The notes below the pieces were generated by a model, which had not been told where the DNA came from, ran no database searches, and saw only the letters and a program-made list of their open reading frames with translations. The position numbers were made by a program, and so were the translations under genes. 64,000 bases of DNA from Terriglobia bacterium (lineage in GTDB: Bacteria; Acidobacteriota; Terriglobia; 2-12-FULL-54-10), in contig CAXVYR010000003.1 in NCBI GenBank assembly GCA_963666975.2, positions 640,001-704,000 of the forward strand, in the 5' to 3' direction. Shown piece by piece: positions 19,407-29,829 of this stretch (position 1 is its first letter; each line of letters starts with the position of its first letter).

Positions 19407-19692
19407 CTATTTTCGGGTAGAAGGAGCCTCTATAGCCTGCCGTTCTTCCAACAACAGGCGGTTCAACTTCCTCAAGTCATTCAGGAGACGACGGCTTGAG
19501 GTGATGTGCGATGAAAGCTTGACCAATTTGTAGCTCACGAGCTGTAGCGCCTGCCTTTGGCGTGCCAACTGAGGGTCTGTGGCGCGAACGATTTCCGTAT
19601 CAACTTGCTGCTGCGCTTCCCCTATCGCCGCTAAGAGGAGATTCACGTACTCAAGAGCGTTCTCAACATTTTCAAATGGGGGTTTCTGACAT
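19407..19692 (-). pseudogene. Small helical hypothetical protein, apparently frameshifted in a G5 run
   Basis: Removing one G at 19678-19682 joins ATG 19692 (MSETPF) to ENVENALEYVNLL...SRRLLNDLRKLNRLL. Confidence 0.55.
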
Positions 19693-19866
19693 GAGGGTTG
19701 TTACGTCTTCCTGGATAATTTCTTCCTTTGCACACCCACCCGGGCAACCGCTATCGCAGCCAGCAGAGGAAACTTCACCATTCTCATACCCACCCCTATT
19801 AAAACCCTCCTGGAAAGTCCTCATAGGTCCGTTCGTTGCAATCAATCTCTCATTGTGATGGGGTGT

Positions 19867-21315
19867 GAAGGTGTCCCAAACTCAGTTGCAGGTTGGGACG
19901 GCGGGTTGAGTTCATATTACGCCACTTCCTCCTTGTGAGAGGAAGCAGCGTTTGGACTTCGGCCGAGAATCGATGCCAAAGCCCAGAGATCGTGATAACC
20001 CATGATCTTCCGGAAATTCTTCTCGGTCAGCAGAAACGCTCCTGCCACCCAGCGCAACGTCATCTCGCCGTCGCGCCAGCGGCAAACATTGCCAGTCTTT
20101 TTCCGCACGCCCGACTGCGGGCTCTCGATGAGGTTCGTGGTTGCCAGGCAGCGGTGGAGGCTGGGAGGAACGTCGGCTCGATTGATCGTAAAGGTCTCCT
20201 CCAACCCTTCGCGCAAGCTGGCGGCTGCTGCCGGATGATCGCACTCGATCATCCCAGCGAGCTTCTTTATGCGCACGATGCCTTCCTCGGCTTGGGGCAA
20301 TCGCCAGGCGGCGCGCATCAGCGACCGCACCTGATTCGCCAGCATTTTGTCGCCCTTTGGTAACCGCTCAGCCACGTTGCGCAGCTTATGAGTACGGCAA
20401 CGCTGCACCAGCTGATTGCTGCCGAATACTTCCTCGATCCCCGCGCGGAGCGCTTTGGCGCCGTCGATCACAAACAGATAGCGCTGATCCGTGCGCAGAC
20501 CTTGCTGGCGCAGGCGGGTGAGAAGGTCTTTCACCGCAGCGGCGTTTTCGGTCGCGCCCAGTTGAATCCCCAGCACATGCTTGCGGCCCTCGCTGTCCAC
20601 GCCCACGGCGCTGATGACGTGGTGGGAGCCGAACCGCATTCCGTCCAGGTAAATCACCAGAATCTCGACCTCCTCCCAGCGCCGCGCCAACAGTTCTTCC
20701 AGCCGCCGCGCTCCTTGCTCGGCCGCTTCCCGGCTCACCTGAGACTTCGACACCCCAGCGCTGTTGGCCATCTCCGGGATCACCTCGCGGTAGTTCCGCG
20801 TCGAAACCCCTTTCAACAGTGCCTCGAACATCTCCTCGCCCGTCTTCTCGCTTTTCCGCAGCGCTTCGTAGGCCGGCACCGCTTCTTCCCCTCCGCCCTT
20901 CCGGCGCAGCCGGGGCCGCTCCACCCGCAGCTGGCGATCGGCCAGTTTCACCCTCCCCAATTGCCGGCCATGCCAGCGCACCTCTCCGCTCGCCTTCCCG
21001 GGACTCTTTGGCCCCGCGATTTGCTCTGCGCTCATGCTCAGAATCGTTTCAATCAAACCTCGCCCGGCCCGATCAATCACCTCATCCACCGCCAGACGCG
21101 CCTCCGTGATCAGATCCACCACCGGCAACAGCATCTGTCCGTTGGTTTGGCAAAACTTCTGGATGGTTTCTTCGGCTCCCTTGGAACCCAGTTCCAAAAC
21201 GTGATATTTTCCCTTCATTCGGCGGTTCTCCTTCTATAGGATTTAGGCTTGGCCCGATTCTATTCGATTCGGGCCGAACCGCCGTTCAACCTTCAACTAT
21301 GTATGGGACACCCTC
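19867..21315 (-). mobile_element. IS256-family element, copy 1 (1449 bp)
   Basis: TIRs GAAGGTGTCCCAAACTCAGTTGCAGG / GAGGGTGTCCCATACATAGTTGAAGG; 8-bp TSD TGGGGTGT. Confidence 0.95.
19917..21218 (-). CDS. IS256-family transposase
   Basis: GVSTR, IYLDG, VIDGAKAL, QRCRTHK, TTNLIES motifs. Confidence 0.95.
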   Translation of the reverse strand: MKGKYHVLELGSKGAEETIQKFCQTNGQMLLPVVDLITEARLAVDEVIDRAGRGLIETILSMSAEQIAGPKSPGKASGEVRWHGRQLGRVKLADRQLRVERPRLRRKGGGEEAVPAYEALRKSEKTGEEMFEALLKGVSTRNYREVIPEMANSAGVSKSQVSREAAEQGARRLEELLARRWEEVEILVIYLDGMRFGSHHVISAVGVDSEGRKHVLGIQLGATENAAAVKDLLTRLRQQGLRTDQRYLFVIDGAKALRAGIEEVFGSNQLVQRCRTHKLRNVAERLPKGDKMLANQVRSLMRAAWRLPQAEEGIVRIKKLAGMIECDHPAAAASLREGLEETFTINRADVPPSLHRCLATTNLIESPQSGVRKKTGNVCRWRDGEMTLRWVAGAFLLTEKNFRKIMGYHDLWALASILGRSPNAASSHKEEVA

Positions 21316-21590
21316 TGGGGTGTTTGAGCGAGAGCGTTTTGATTGTCAGAACAAGACAATCCCAGAGAAGCAATAGTACAGTGGATGTGAAGAAATTCCT
21401 CTTCCGCAACTTCATGCCTTAGGCCTCCTTGCTACCGGACAAAACTTCGCTGCCCAAATCCGCAGCACATGCATTGCCAAGGCAACCAGGGTGTCAACTT
21501 ATTGATAACAACGTCATTCGTTAGGACCCAAAAGGACCCGATGGTGGGAAGCGGAAGAGTATTTCCGTTTTGTGACAAAGTTGAGACGTA

Positions 21591-21883
21591 AAACACGCAC
21601 GGTACTACTGGCTCCTGCTGGCAGAGAGCCATCTGACTCGACGGCTATTTGCCAGCATGCTGGGGCGGATTGATGGATTGGCGCTCCCGTCAGGATAGCC
21701 GGGGCTACGGCACGCAAGAAAACGATGCCGCTATCCGCCAGGAATGTAGAGGTGTCTGAAAAAGCTGCTTCTGGAAGCCGATGGTACCGTCTCTGGGAGA
21801 TTAGATTGTGCTCGGGGAGGGCTCGACTGGAGGTATCCGGGTGTATACTGCCAACCACCGGAAGGCCAAAAAGTCAATTCCGG
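21591..21883 (+). mobile_element. 3' end relic of an IS1380-family element
   Basis: KHARYYWLLLAESHLTRRLFASMLGRI; it and the downstream non-coding DNA align with ~38615-38946. Confidence 0.75.
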
Positions 21884-22102
21884 ATTGAAAACGTTGACAC
21901 CTAATCTATGCACAGAACCATACGGCAGCCGCCTTTCCGCCTCAAGCCCCGATTATTGGCGCCGGTTGCAACATAGGCAGGCTGGAAATATAGCTCATAC
22001 TTTGCTTCCCCGACCCTGCAGGACAGCATAAATTCTGGTAGAAAGGCACTGCAACTTCAATCAACAAATCTCCTTCTGATTTCCATCGAGAAAGAAGCGG
22101 CA

Positions 22103-23635
22103 ATGAGTTGGAAAGACCTGGCGGAAATGGCCCCGAAGCTTTCGGAAGCGGAGATCCGCTTCGAGAAGAAACGGAGGCTCGCTGGACTGGTTCTGGGGCC
22201 GCTGCTGTTTGCCATTGCTCTTCTTGCACCCCCGTTAGAACACGTGACTCCCTTGGGCATGCGCACCCTGGGCATCTTCTTGTGGACCGTCACGTGGTGG
22301 ATCTCGGAGGCGATTCCCATCCCTGCGACCGCTTTGTTCTCCATGGCCCTGCTGGTTGTCTGCGGAATCCTGCCGGCGCAGGAAGCCTTCAATTACTGGG
22401 CCAACTGGGTCAATATTTTCCTCATTGGCGCCTTTATCATCGGACACGCCACCAGCATCCACGGCCTGACGCGCCGCCTTGCCTACCGCATGATCGCCTC
22501 GCCGCTGCTCGCCGGCGACCCCTGGAGAATGCTGGTGTTATTTGGGGTCGGCCCGGCTCTATTCAGCGCGGTCATCTCCAACGTGGTCTCCACCATGATC
22601 TTTCTCTCGATCGCGCTGGGCCTGATGAAAACCCTGCAGTTCCCGCAAGAAGGCCGCTACGGCGAATCACTGTGTCTGGCCATCGCTTGGGGAGCGGCCA
22701 TGGGAGGAATTATCACCCCGGTCGGGTCGGCGCCCAATCTGATTATTATCGGGTTTATGGAGCCGCTCGGCTACAGCATTGGTTTTGCCCAGTGGACCGC
22801 AGTCTGCCTGCCCGTCGCTGTGGCCGGGCTGGCGGCGATGTTTTTTGTGATCCGGTATATCCTTCGCCCGCAGACGACGGGCTGGCAAGTGTCACCGGAG
22901 TCGCTCCGGCAGGAGTTGCAGAAGCTGGGCCCCATGAGCCGGGGAGAAAAAATAGCCGGCGGCGCGCTTCTCACCGCCGTGTTTCTGTGGGTGCTGCCGG
23001 ACATGGCGCGTATCGTCTTGGGAAGAGATCACGCCTTCAGCGTCTGGCTCACCGTGCATTTGGGCTGGCAGGTAAGCGCCATTTTAGTGGCGACCGCGTT
23101 GTTTTTGATCCCGGTCGATTGGGAGAAACGAACATTTGCCATGAATTGGCCGGAGGCCGTAAAGGGAATCGAATGGGGAACGCTGAGCTTGATTGGAGGC
23201 GCGCTGGCTTTAGGCAGCATGCTCGCTCACCGGACACTGGGACTGGGAGAGTTCTTTGCGCAAAGCATCTCTTCGCTGGCTGTCTCGGGCGCTTCCCCGT
23301 TCTTGTTCGTGCTGGGGGGAGTCGTCTTTACGATCCTGCTCACAAACCTGGCCTCGAACGTGGCCGTCAGCAGCATGGTGGGCGCGCTCGCCCTGGCGGT
23401 GCTTCCTTCGACCGGACTCAATCCTCTCGCCCTGATGGTCCCCATCGCCCTGGCAAGCTCCATGGCTTTCTCGCTTCCCATGGCCACGCCGCCGAACGCC
23501 ATCGTCTTCGCCAGCGGCGAGGTCCGCATCATGAACATGTTCAAGAGCGGAGCGGCTCTCTCCCTGATTTGCATTGCGATCCTCTCGCTGTTCGGTTTCA
23601 TTTTAGCCGAATGGATTTTTCCCCAGGGTGGTTAA
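22103..23635 (+). CDS. DASS/SLC13 family anion transporter
   Basis: WWISEAIPIPAT, ISNV, TPVGSAPN, TNLASN, AFSLPMATPPNAIVF. Confidence 0.93.
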   Translation: MSWKDLAEMAPKLSEAEIRFEKKRRLAGLVLGPLLFAIALLAPPLEHVTPLGMRTLGIFLWTVTWWISEAIPIPATALFSMALLVVCGILPAQEAFNYWANWVNIFLIGAFIIGHATSIHGLTRRLAYRMIASPLLAGDPWRMLVLFGVGPALFSAVISNVVSTMIFLSIALGLMKTLQFPQEGRYGESLCLAIAWGAAMGGIITPVGSAPNLIIIGFMEPLGYSIGFAQWTAVCLPVAVAGLAAMFFVIRYILRPQTTGWQVSPESLRQELQKLGPMSRGEKIAGGALLTAVFLWVLPDMARIVLGRDHAFSVWLTVHLGWQVSAILVATALFLIPVDWEKRTFAMNWPEAVKGIEWGTLSLIGGALALGSMLAHRTLGLGEFFAQSISSLAVSGASPFLFVLGGVVFTILLTNLASNVAVSSMVGALALAVLPSTGLNPLALMVPIALASSMAFSLPMATPPNAIVFASGEVRIMNMFKSGAALSLICIAILSLFGFILAEWIFPQGG

Positions 23636-23684
23636 TACCGCACCGGTTTCAGGCACAGGGCTGCCCGAGTGGCGATGAGTGCGG

Positions 23685-23999
23685 TGTCCTCTCCCCCAGG
23701 GCCCTGTGAGGAGGACTCTCATTGTACTCCCTCCGCCAAGCCACGATGAACTGCCTAGCTTCTCCCAGTGTTGTGAACCAATGTACATTTAGGCACTCAT
23801 CCCGAAACGTCTGCTCCGAGATCCCTACCTCCCGGACCAGTTCCCCCACCGGCACCCCTACCTCTGCCTGCTTCAGTACTCCCACGATCTGCTCCACGCT
23901 GAATCGCTTCTGTTTCACGGCATATCCCCCTTCTTGAAGTCCTCGATTCTGCCGCAAAAACTCATTCTCAACTTGGCTCAAAAAACTGGGGGCCGGTCA
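23685..23999 (-). mobile_element. Internally deleted IS3-family relic
   Basis: TGA-start left end; orfA start KQKRFSVEQIVGVLKQAEVG...SEQTF fused directly to orfB tail RDECLNVHWF...WRREYN...PHRALG. Confidence 0.8.
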
Positions 24000-24031
24000 T
24001 CACAACCTGGGGCTGTAAACTGATTCCGGGG

Positions 24032-24449
24032 TGACCTGACCGGCGTTTTTTGTACCACCTGAAGTGAGAGAAAATCTCATGAAGGAGGAAAGCCGGACAT
24101 GCCCAACCGGAATTACAAACCCGAGCAGATTGTAACGATTCTGCGGCAGATTGAGGTGGCGGTGGCGAACGGGAAATCGACGCCGCAGGCGTGCAAGGAG
24201 GCGGAAATCCACACGCTAGCTGGGGGATGAATGCCTGAACGGAGAGATTTTTTACTCGCTGAAGGAGGCCCAGATCGTGATCGAGCAGTGGCGGCAGGAG
24301 TACAACACCCGGAGGCCGCATTCCGCGCTCGGCTATAGGCCCCCGGCGCCGGGGGCCTATAGCCCTTTGCTGCCAAGGATCCTCGTTTCACAGCCCAGGC
24401 TGTGATATAACTCTCTCATTGGGATTGGTACAAAAAATCGGTCCGGTCA
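24032..24449 (+). mobile_element. Internally deleted IS3-family relic with both ends
   Basis: TGACCTGACCGGCGTTTTTTGTACCA ... TGGTACAAAAAATCGGTCCGGTCA; orfA start joined to DECLNGEIFYSL...WRQEYNTRRPHSALGY. Confidence 0.82.
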
Positions 24450-24543
24450 CCTTTGGACGAGGGTGGTCGTGCGATTAGCTATTTCTGCCTGATGGAAATC
24501 CCCAAATGGAAAAGGTGGCTGATAGAGAGGGGACACAAAAAGC

Positions 24544-26295
24544 ATGATGCACAAGGTAGAAAAGGTAGAAACTGATGTCTTGGTGATCGGAGGCGGCATC
24601 GCTGCGGCGTTTGCCGCCTACAGGGCCCGTCGCTCCGGGGCGCGTGTCTTGTTGGTCGATCGATCGTATTTCGGCCGCAGCGGTTGCAGCGCCCTAGCCT
24701 CGGGAGTCTATCCCACGTACATGCCGGGCGACAAGGAGGAAGATTGGATCCAAGGGCTTGGCGCCGGGCCATTAGTGAACCAGCGCTTGCTGGTCAAATC
24801 GCTGCCGGTCATGTACGAACACTTGATGACCATGGACCGCTGGGGCGTGAAGTGGATGAAGGAAGGCAAGGAAATCGTGAGGATGGGCGCTCCGGGACGC
24901 ACCTTTAAGAATGGCGCCTGGATGACGGAGGGCGGCCCGCAAATGATGATGGCGGTGCGGGCGGGCGTGCTTGAGAGCGGTGTCCAGACGCTGAACCGGG
25001 TGGCGATCACGGAACTGTTAACCTCCGATGGCACGCTTCCTACCGAAGGACAGGTCACCGGCGCGGTGGGATTTCATGTTCGCGATGGCGGAATTTACTC
25101 CATTCAAGCCAAAGCCACCATCGTGTGCACCGGACCGTACAAATTTCCCTATCCCTGGCCAGGGAGCACGCTGGGATACATGCCCATCGACCTTTCCGGC
25201 GACGGGATTGCCATGATGCTGCGCGCTGGAGCACAGCTCTCACGCTTGGAACTAGGGGGGATCAATCTCAATCCAGACCACCTTCTCTGCGCGCCGGGTC
25301 TGGAATCGCTGATGCCCTCCGGGGCGCGATTCGTAGATAAAAACGGTCGGCGCTTTTTGGAAAACTACGATCCGAAACGGATGGAGATGACCAGCCGAGC
25401 CCTTCTCTACTTTGCCATCTCGCACCAGAAAGAACTCGGCAATGTCCCGTCCATGGACTTGAGAGGGATCGCGTCCGAGCGGTTGGAACTTTTAAAGAAA
25501 GTGATCCCCATTATCATTTCAAATTATGAGGGTCTGGGGGTGGATATCACCAAAGAGCCGGTTCCATACAGCTATCAGGTGGCTGGCACATCGGGTATTT
25601 TTGGCGCCGGAGCACGCATCACAGAGCAGGGGGAAACCACTATTACCGGCTTGTATGCCGCCGGGGGCTGCACCGACAACGCCTATCTTCCCGGCGGACA
25701 TCTATCCTTCTGCTCGACGACCGGCCACTGGGCGGGAGAAGCGGCCGCCGCCTTCGCTGCCCGGTCGGAGCAAGGAACTTTTTTGCCACAGCAGGTTCAA
25801 CAAGCCATCGAGGCCATTGAATTGCCCTTAATACGGACGGACGGTCTGGATTACGAGCCGGTCCATCGGCGACTAGGGGAAATGCTGATGGAGAAAGTTG
25901 GCTTGGTGCTTCGTGCTGACCGGCTTCAGTATGCCATTGATAAACTTTTGGAGATGCGTGAGACGGAGATCTCGCGACTCCACGCTCGCGATTATCACGA
26001 ATTAGCGAAGGTTTGTGGGCTTCAGCAGTATTGCCAGGTCTTGGAGGCGACGCTGCGGGCGTACCTATACCGTACGGAAAGCCGCGTGGCCTTCATCCGA
26101 GAAGATTTTCCGGTTATCGACAATGTCAACTGGGTGAAAATGATTGTGGTGCAACGCCAAGGCAAGAACCTGAAGCTCTGGGACGAACCGATTCCCGAAT
26201 ACTTTCATATCGTTCCCGTCCGCCCTACGCAGAATTTGCATCTGGTATTCCGCAATGCTACTCCCGCAGCGCATTCGAAAGCGCTGGGGTCTTAA
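24544..26295 (+). CDS. FAD-dependent oxidoreductase, SdhA/FrdA/AprA superfamily (AprA/AsfA-like)
   Basis: DVLVIGGG, RSG motif without covalent-FAD His, SGDGIAM, GLYAAG, RTESR...REDFP. Confidence 0.88.
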   Translation: MMHKVEKVETDVLVIGGGIAAAFAAYRARRSGARVLLVDRSYFGRSGCSALASGVYPTYMPGDKEEDWIQGLGAGPLVNQRLLVKSLPVMYEHLMTMDRWGVKWMKEGKEIVRMGAPGRTFKNGAWMTEGGPQMMMAVRAGVLESGVQTLNRVAITELLTSDGTLPTEGQVTGAVGFHVRDGGIYSIQAKATIVCTGPYKFPYPWPGSTLGYMPIDLSGDGIAMMLRAGAQLSRLELGGINLNPDHLLCAPGLESLMPSGARFVDKNGRRFLENYDPKRMEMTSRALLYFAISHQKELGNVPSMDLRGIASERLELLKKVIPIIISNYEGLGVDITKEPVPYSYQVAGTSGIFGAGARITEQGETTITGLYAAGGCTDNAYLPGGHLSFCSTTGHWAGEAAAAFAARSEQGTFLPQQVQQAIEAIELPLIRTDGLDYEPVHRRLGEMLMEKVGLVLRADRLQYAIDKLLEMRETEISRLHARDYHELAKVCGLQQYCQVLEATLRAYLYRTESRVAFIREDFPVIDNVNWVKMIVVQRQGKNLKLWDEPIPEYFHIVPVRPTQNLHLVFRNATPAAHSKALGS

Positions 26296-26311
26296 GGGAT
26301 GAAAGGATCTC

Positions 26312-26521
26312 ATGCCGAAGGTTGAAATCAACAAGGCCGCCTGTACTGGCTGTGGCGTTTGTGTCGAGACGTGTCCTACGGATGTCCTCCGGCTCGATAA
26401 ACACGGAATGGCGTTTGCGGCCTATGAGGCGGACTGTCAGGGCTGTTTCATCTGCCAGTGGGACTGCGCCTATGAAGCCATTCGGGTCCGCATTCGCGGC
26501 GGTCAGGAGATAGACGCATGA
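26312..26521 (+). CDS. 2x[4Fe-4S] ferredoxin (AprB/AsfB-like partner)
   Basis: CTGCGVCVETCP and CQGCFICQWDCA. Confidence 0.92.
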   Translation: MPKVEINKAACTGCGVCVETCPTDVLRLDKHGMAFAAYEADCQGCFICQWDCAYEAIRVRIRGGQEIDA

Positions 26522-26581
26522 GGTCTTTCCCGATCCGGACAATAGCTGAAGGTTGACCCAGTTCATGGAGATGAAATCTTA

Positions 26582-28201
26582 TTGAATAATTCTCAGGACC
26601 TGAAACAGAAAATTGCGAGATTCATGCCGCTGCTGACAGCGTCGGATTGCTGTGATCGGAATGGCCGCGAAATCGGGGAGAAAGAGGCCATTGTCGATCG
26701 CTGCCGGCGCCTGACGTGGGCCCAGGTGAAAGAGCTGTCGGACAGGTTGGCGCTGTGGTTTCTGAATTTAGGTTTGCAGCGAAATAGCCGCGTCTTGGTG
26801 CAGCTCCCCAACTGTGCCGAGCTTTTCCTGGTCCGGCTGGCTTGCGAAAAAGCGGGACTGCGCCTGATCACGGTGCGGCCGGCGTTTCGATATGCCGAGC
26901 TGTCGTCCATCGTTCAGTTCACGAGGCCCGAGACGGTGATCATTCCCCGCGAGTTCCGGGGATTTAATCACTATGAGCTGTTCCAAAAAATCCGCACGCC
27001 GGAACTGAAACACGTTCTGGTTGCGGGACAAGACGTGCCGCCCGGGGCCTTCTCGTTGGAGGAGATCCTGGCGACGGCGGCAAATCTCGCAAGGGGCGCA
27101 GCGAAGCTACAGGAGAGCCGGCACAGTATTCTGGACGTGTGCCAGATTTCCACCACCAGCGGGAGCACCGGGATACCAAAGTGTGTTGAGGTGCCCCTGT
27201 ATACCAGACTACTTACGGGCTGGATTCATTCGCAGCGTTTTGGCGTAAATGCCAACGATACACTCGCTGCTGTAACTTCCATCGTTGCGGGCACGGCGGA
27301 CGCGATCGTCTATAACGCAGGATGTCAGTTGGGCGCCCGTCTTGTTCTCATCGATCACTTCTCTCCCCAAGAACTTTGCGCCACGCTCCAAGCCGAACGG
27401 GTCGATGCGATCCCGCTGGTGCCTACAATGCTGGCCCGGATGATGGCCCTGGAAATTCTACCCCGAAACAAGTTAGCTTTACGGGTCGTTATAAATCACG
27501 CTGCCACATTGCCTATCACCACAGGAGCGGAGGCAGAAAAACGTCTGGACTGCCGCATCATGCAGGCATACGGAACGGTTGATTGCGGGGGCATCTCGTC
27601 CACCTCCTGGGATGATCCGCAGGAGATTCGCTTGGGAACCGTCGGCCGGCCGCTGGATGGAAACGAGCTACGGATTATTGCCTCGGAAGGCCAGGCGGTT
27701 CGTCCAGGAGAGGTCGGCCGCCTTTTGGTGCGTGGATTGCACACGGGGGCCGGTTTTTTTAAGAATCCGAATCTTGACGCCAACAGACGACGTGGGGATT
27801 ACTTCGACCTACAGGAGTTTGGTCGCATGGACGAAGAAGGAAATTTGGCGCTTGTGGGGCGGGAGCAGGATCTCATTATCCGAGGTGGACAAAATATCTA
27901 TCCCATCGATGTTGAATCGGCCTTAATGCAACATCCGAAAATTTCCGAAGTCTGTGTCATGGGCATCCCGGACGCAGAGATGGGAGAGCGACTCTGTGGC
28001 TATGTAGTTTGCCGCGAGGGACAAAGCCTTACGCTTTCTGACGCCACTGCTTTCCTGGAGCATGTCGGGCTCGCTAAATTCAAATGGCCGGAGCGGATTG
28101 AAGTGGTGACCTCTCTGCCCAAAGTGGCCTCCGGCCACAAAATCGACAAGCAAAAACTGAAAGAAAACTTCCTGTCCCTACCAATAATTCGACCGACTTG
28201 A
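26582..28201 (+). CDS. Acyl/aryl-CoA ligase (AMP-binding enzyme)
   Basis: TTSGSTGIPK, AYGT, GR...IIRGGQNIYP, MGERLC, KWPER, C-terminal catalytic Lys. Confidence 0.9.
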   Translation: MNNSQDLKQKIARFMPLLTASDCCDRNGREIGEKEAIVDRCRRLTWAQVKELSDRLALWFLNLGLQRNSRVLVQLPNCAELFLVRLACEKAGLRLITVRPAFRYAELSSIVQFTRPETVIIPREFRGFNHYELFQKIRTPELKHVLVAGQDVPPGAFSLEEILATAANLARGAAKLQESRHSILDVCQISTTSGSTGIPKCVEVPLYTRLLTGWIHSQRFGVNANDTLAAVTSIVAGTADAIVYNAGCQLGARLVLIDHFSPQELCATLQAERVDAIPLVPTMLARMMALEILPRNKLALRVVINHAATLPITTGAEAEKRLDCRIMQAYGTVDCGGISSTSWDDPQEIRLGTVGRPLDGNELRIIASEGQAVRPGEVGRLLVRGLHTGAGFFKNPNLDANRRRGDYFDLQEFGRMDEEGNLALVGREQDLIIRGGQNIYPIDVESALMQHPKISEVCVMGIPDAEMGERLCGYVVCREGQSLTLSDATAFLEHVGLAKFKWPERIEVVTSLPKVASGHKIDKQKLKENFLSLPIIRPT

Positions 28202-28372
28202 GGTGACAACAGCAGATCGGTAAACCAAAGTGCATTGCTCGCAGGTAATCGTCGAGGATAGCGATTTTGCACTGTGATCTTGTGCAGGCTGGGGTGCTTC
28301 TTCGGTTATGCTGTTAATCAACCACTGCTTCAAACGTACGAATACGCACTGTAGCTGTGAGCGAATGGATTT

Positions 28373-29821
28373 GAAGGTGTCCCAAACTCAGTTGCAGGTT
28401 GGGACGGCGGGTTGAGTTCATATTACGCCACTTCCTCCTTGTGAGAGGAAGCAGCGTTTGGACTTCGGCCGAGAATCGATGCCAAAGCCCAGAGATCGTG
28501 ATAACCCATGATCTTCCGGAAATTCTTCTCGGTCAGCAGAAACGCTCCTGCCACCCAGCGCAACGTCATCTCGCCGTCGCGCCAGCGGCAAACATTGCCA
28601 GTCTTTTTCCGCACGCCCGACTGCGGGCTCTCGATGAGGTTCGTGGTTGCCAGGCAGCGGTGGAGGCTGGGAGGAACGTCGGCTCGATTGATCGTAAAGG
28701 TCTCCTCCAACCCTTCGCGCAAGCTGGCGGCTGCTGCCGGATGATCGCACTCGATCATCCCAGCGAGCTTTTTTATGCGCACGATGCCTTCCTCGGCTTG
28801 GGGCAATCGCCAGGCGGCGCGCATCAGCGACCGCACCTGATTCGCCAGCATTTTGTCGCCCTTTGGTAACCGCTCAGCCACGTTGCGCAGCTTATGAGTA
28901 CGGCAACGCTGCACCAGCTGATTGCTGCCGAATACTTCCTCGATCCCCGCGCGGAGCGCTTTGGCGCCGTCGATCACAAACAGATAGCGCTGATCCGTGC
29001 GCAGACCTTGCTGGCGCAGGCGGGTGAGAAGGTCTTTCACCGCAGCGGCGTTTTCGGTCGCGCCCAGTTGAATCCCCAGCACATGCTTGCGGCCCTCGCT
29101 GTCCACGCCCACGGCGCTGATGACGTGGTGGGAGCCGAACCGCATTCCGTCCAGGTAAATCACCAGAATCTCGACCTCCTCCCAGCGCCGCGCCAACAGT
29201 TCTTCCAGCCGCCGCGCTCCTTGCTCGGCCGCTTCCCGGCTCACCTGAGACTTCGACACCCCAGCGCTGTTGGCCATCTCCGGGATCACCTCGCGGTAGT
29301 TCCGCGTCGAAACCCCTTTCAACAGTGCCTCGAACATCTCCTCGCCCGTCTTCTCGCTTTTCCGCAGCGCTTCGTAGGCCGGCACCGCTTCTTCCCCTCC
29401 GCCCTTCCGGCGCAGCCGGGGCCGCTCCACCCGCAGCTGGCGATCGGCCAGTTTCACCCTCCCCAATTGCCGGCCATGCCAGCGCACCTCTCCGCTCGCC
29501 TTCCCGGGACTCTTTGGCCCCGCGATTTGCTCTGCGCTCATGCTCAGAATCGTTTCAATCAAACCTCGCCCGGCCCGATCAATCACCTCATCCAACGCCA
29601 GACGCGCCTCCGTGATCAGATCCACCACCGGCAACAGCATCTGTCCGTTGGTTTGGCAAAACTTCTGGATGGTTTCTTCGGCTCCCTTGGAACCCAGTTC
29701 CAAAACGTGATATTTTCCCTTCATTCGGCGGTTCTCCTTCTATAGGATTTAGGCTTGGCCCGATTCTATTCGATTCGGGCCGAACCGCCGTTCAACCTTC
29801 AACTATGTATGGGACACCCTC
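28373..29821 (-). mobile_element. IS256-family element, copy 2 (1449 bp)
   Basis: Near-identical to copy 1; has its own 8-bp TSD ATGGATTT. Confidence 0.95.
28423..29724 (-). CDS. IS256-family transposase
   Basis: Same as 19917-21218 except one V/L substitution. Confidence 0.95.
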   Translation of the reverse strand: MKGKYHVLELGSKGAEETIQKFCQTNGQMLLPVVDLITEARLALDEVIDRAGRGLIETILSMSAEQIAGPKSPGKASGEVRWHGRQLGRVKLADRQLRVERPRLRRKGGGEEAVPAYEALRKSEKTGEEMFEALLKGVSTRNYREVIPEMANSAGVSKSQVSREAAEQGARRLEELLARRWEEVEILVIYLDGMRFGSHHVISAVGVDSEGRKHVLGIQLGATENAAAVKDLLTRLRQQGLRTDQRYLFVIDGAKALRAGIEEVFGSNQLVQRCRTHKLRNVAERLPKGDKMLANQVRSLMRAAWRLPQAEEGIVRIKKLAGMIECDHPAAAASLREGLEETFTINRADVPPSLHRCLATTNLIESPQSGVRKKTGNVCRWRDGEMTLRWVAGAFLLTEKNFRKIMGYHDLWALASILGRSPNAASSHKEEVA

Positions 29822-29829
29822 ATGGATTT

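Noticed and set aside
22108-23709. 533-aa same-strand ORF overlapping the DASS gene
   Set aside because: Alternate-frame shadow typical of high-GC DNA: Arg/Pro/Gly-rich with no motifs.
24544-26521. True APS reductase or succinate dehydrogenase
   Set aside because: No sat/qmo/dsr or sdhBCD context, no covalent-FAD His, and the ferredoxin lacks an AprB-type tail; assigned at family level only.
19867-29821. IS256 pair as an already transposed composite transposon
   Set aside because: Each copy has its own distinct TSD, showing independent insertions.
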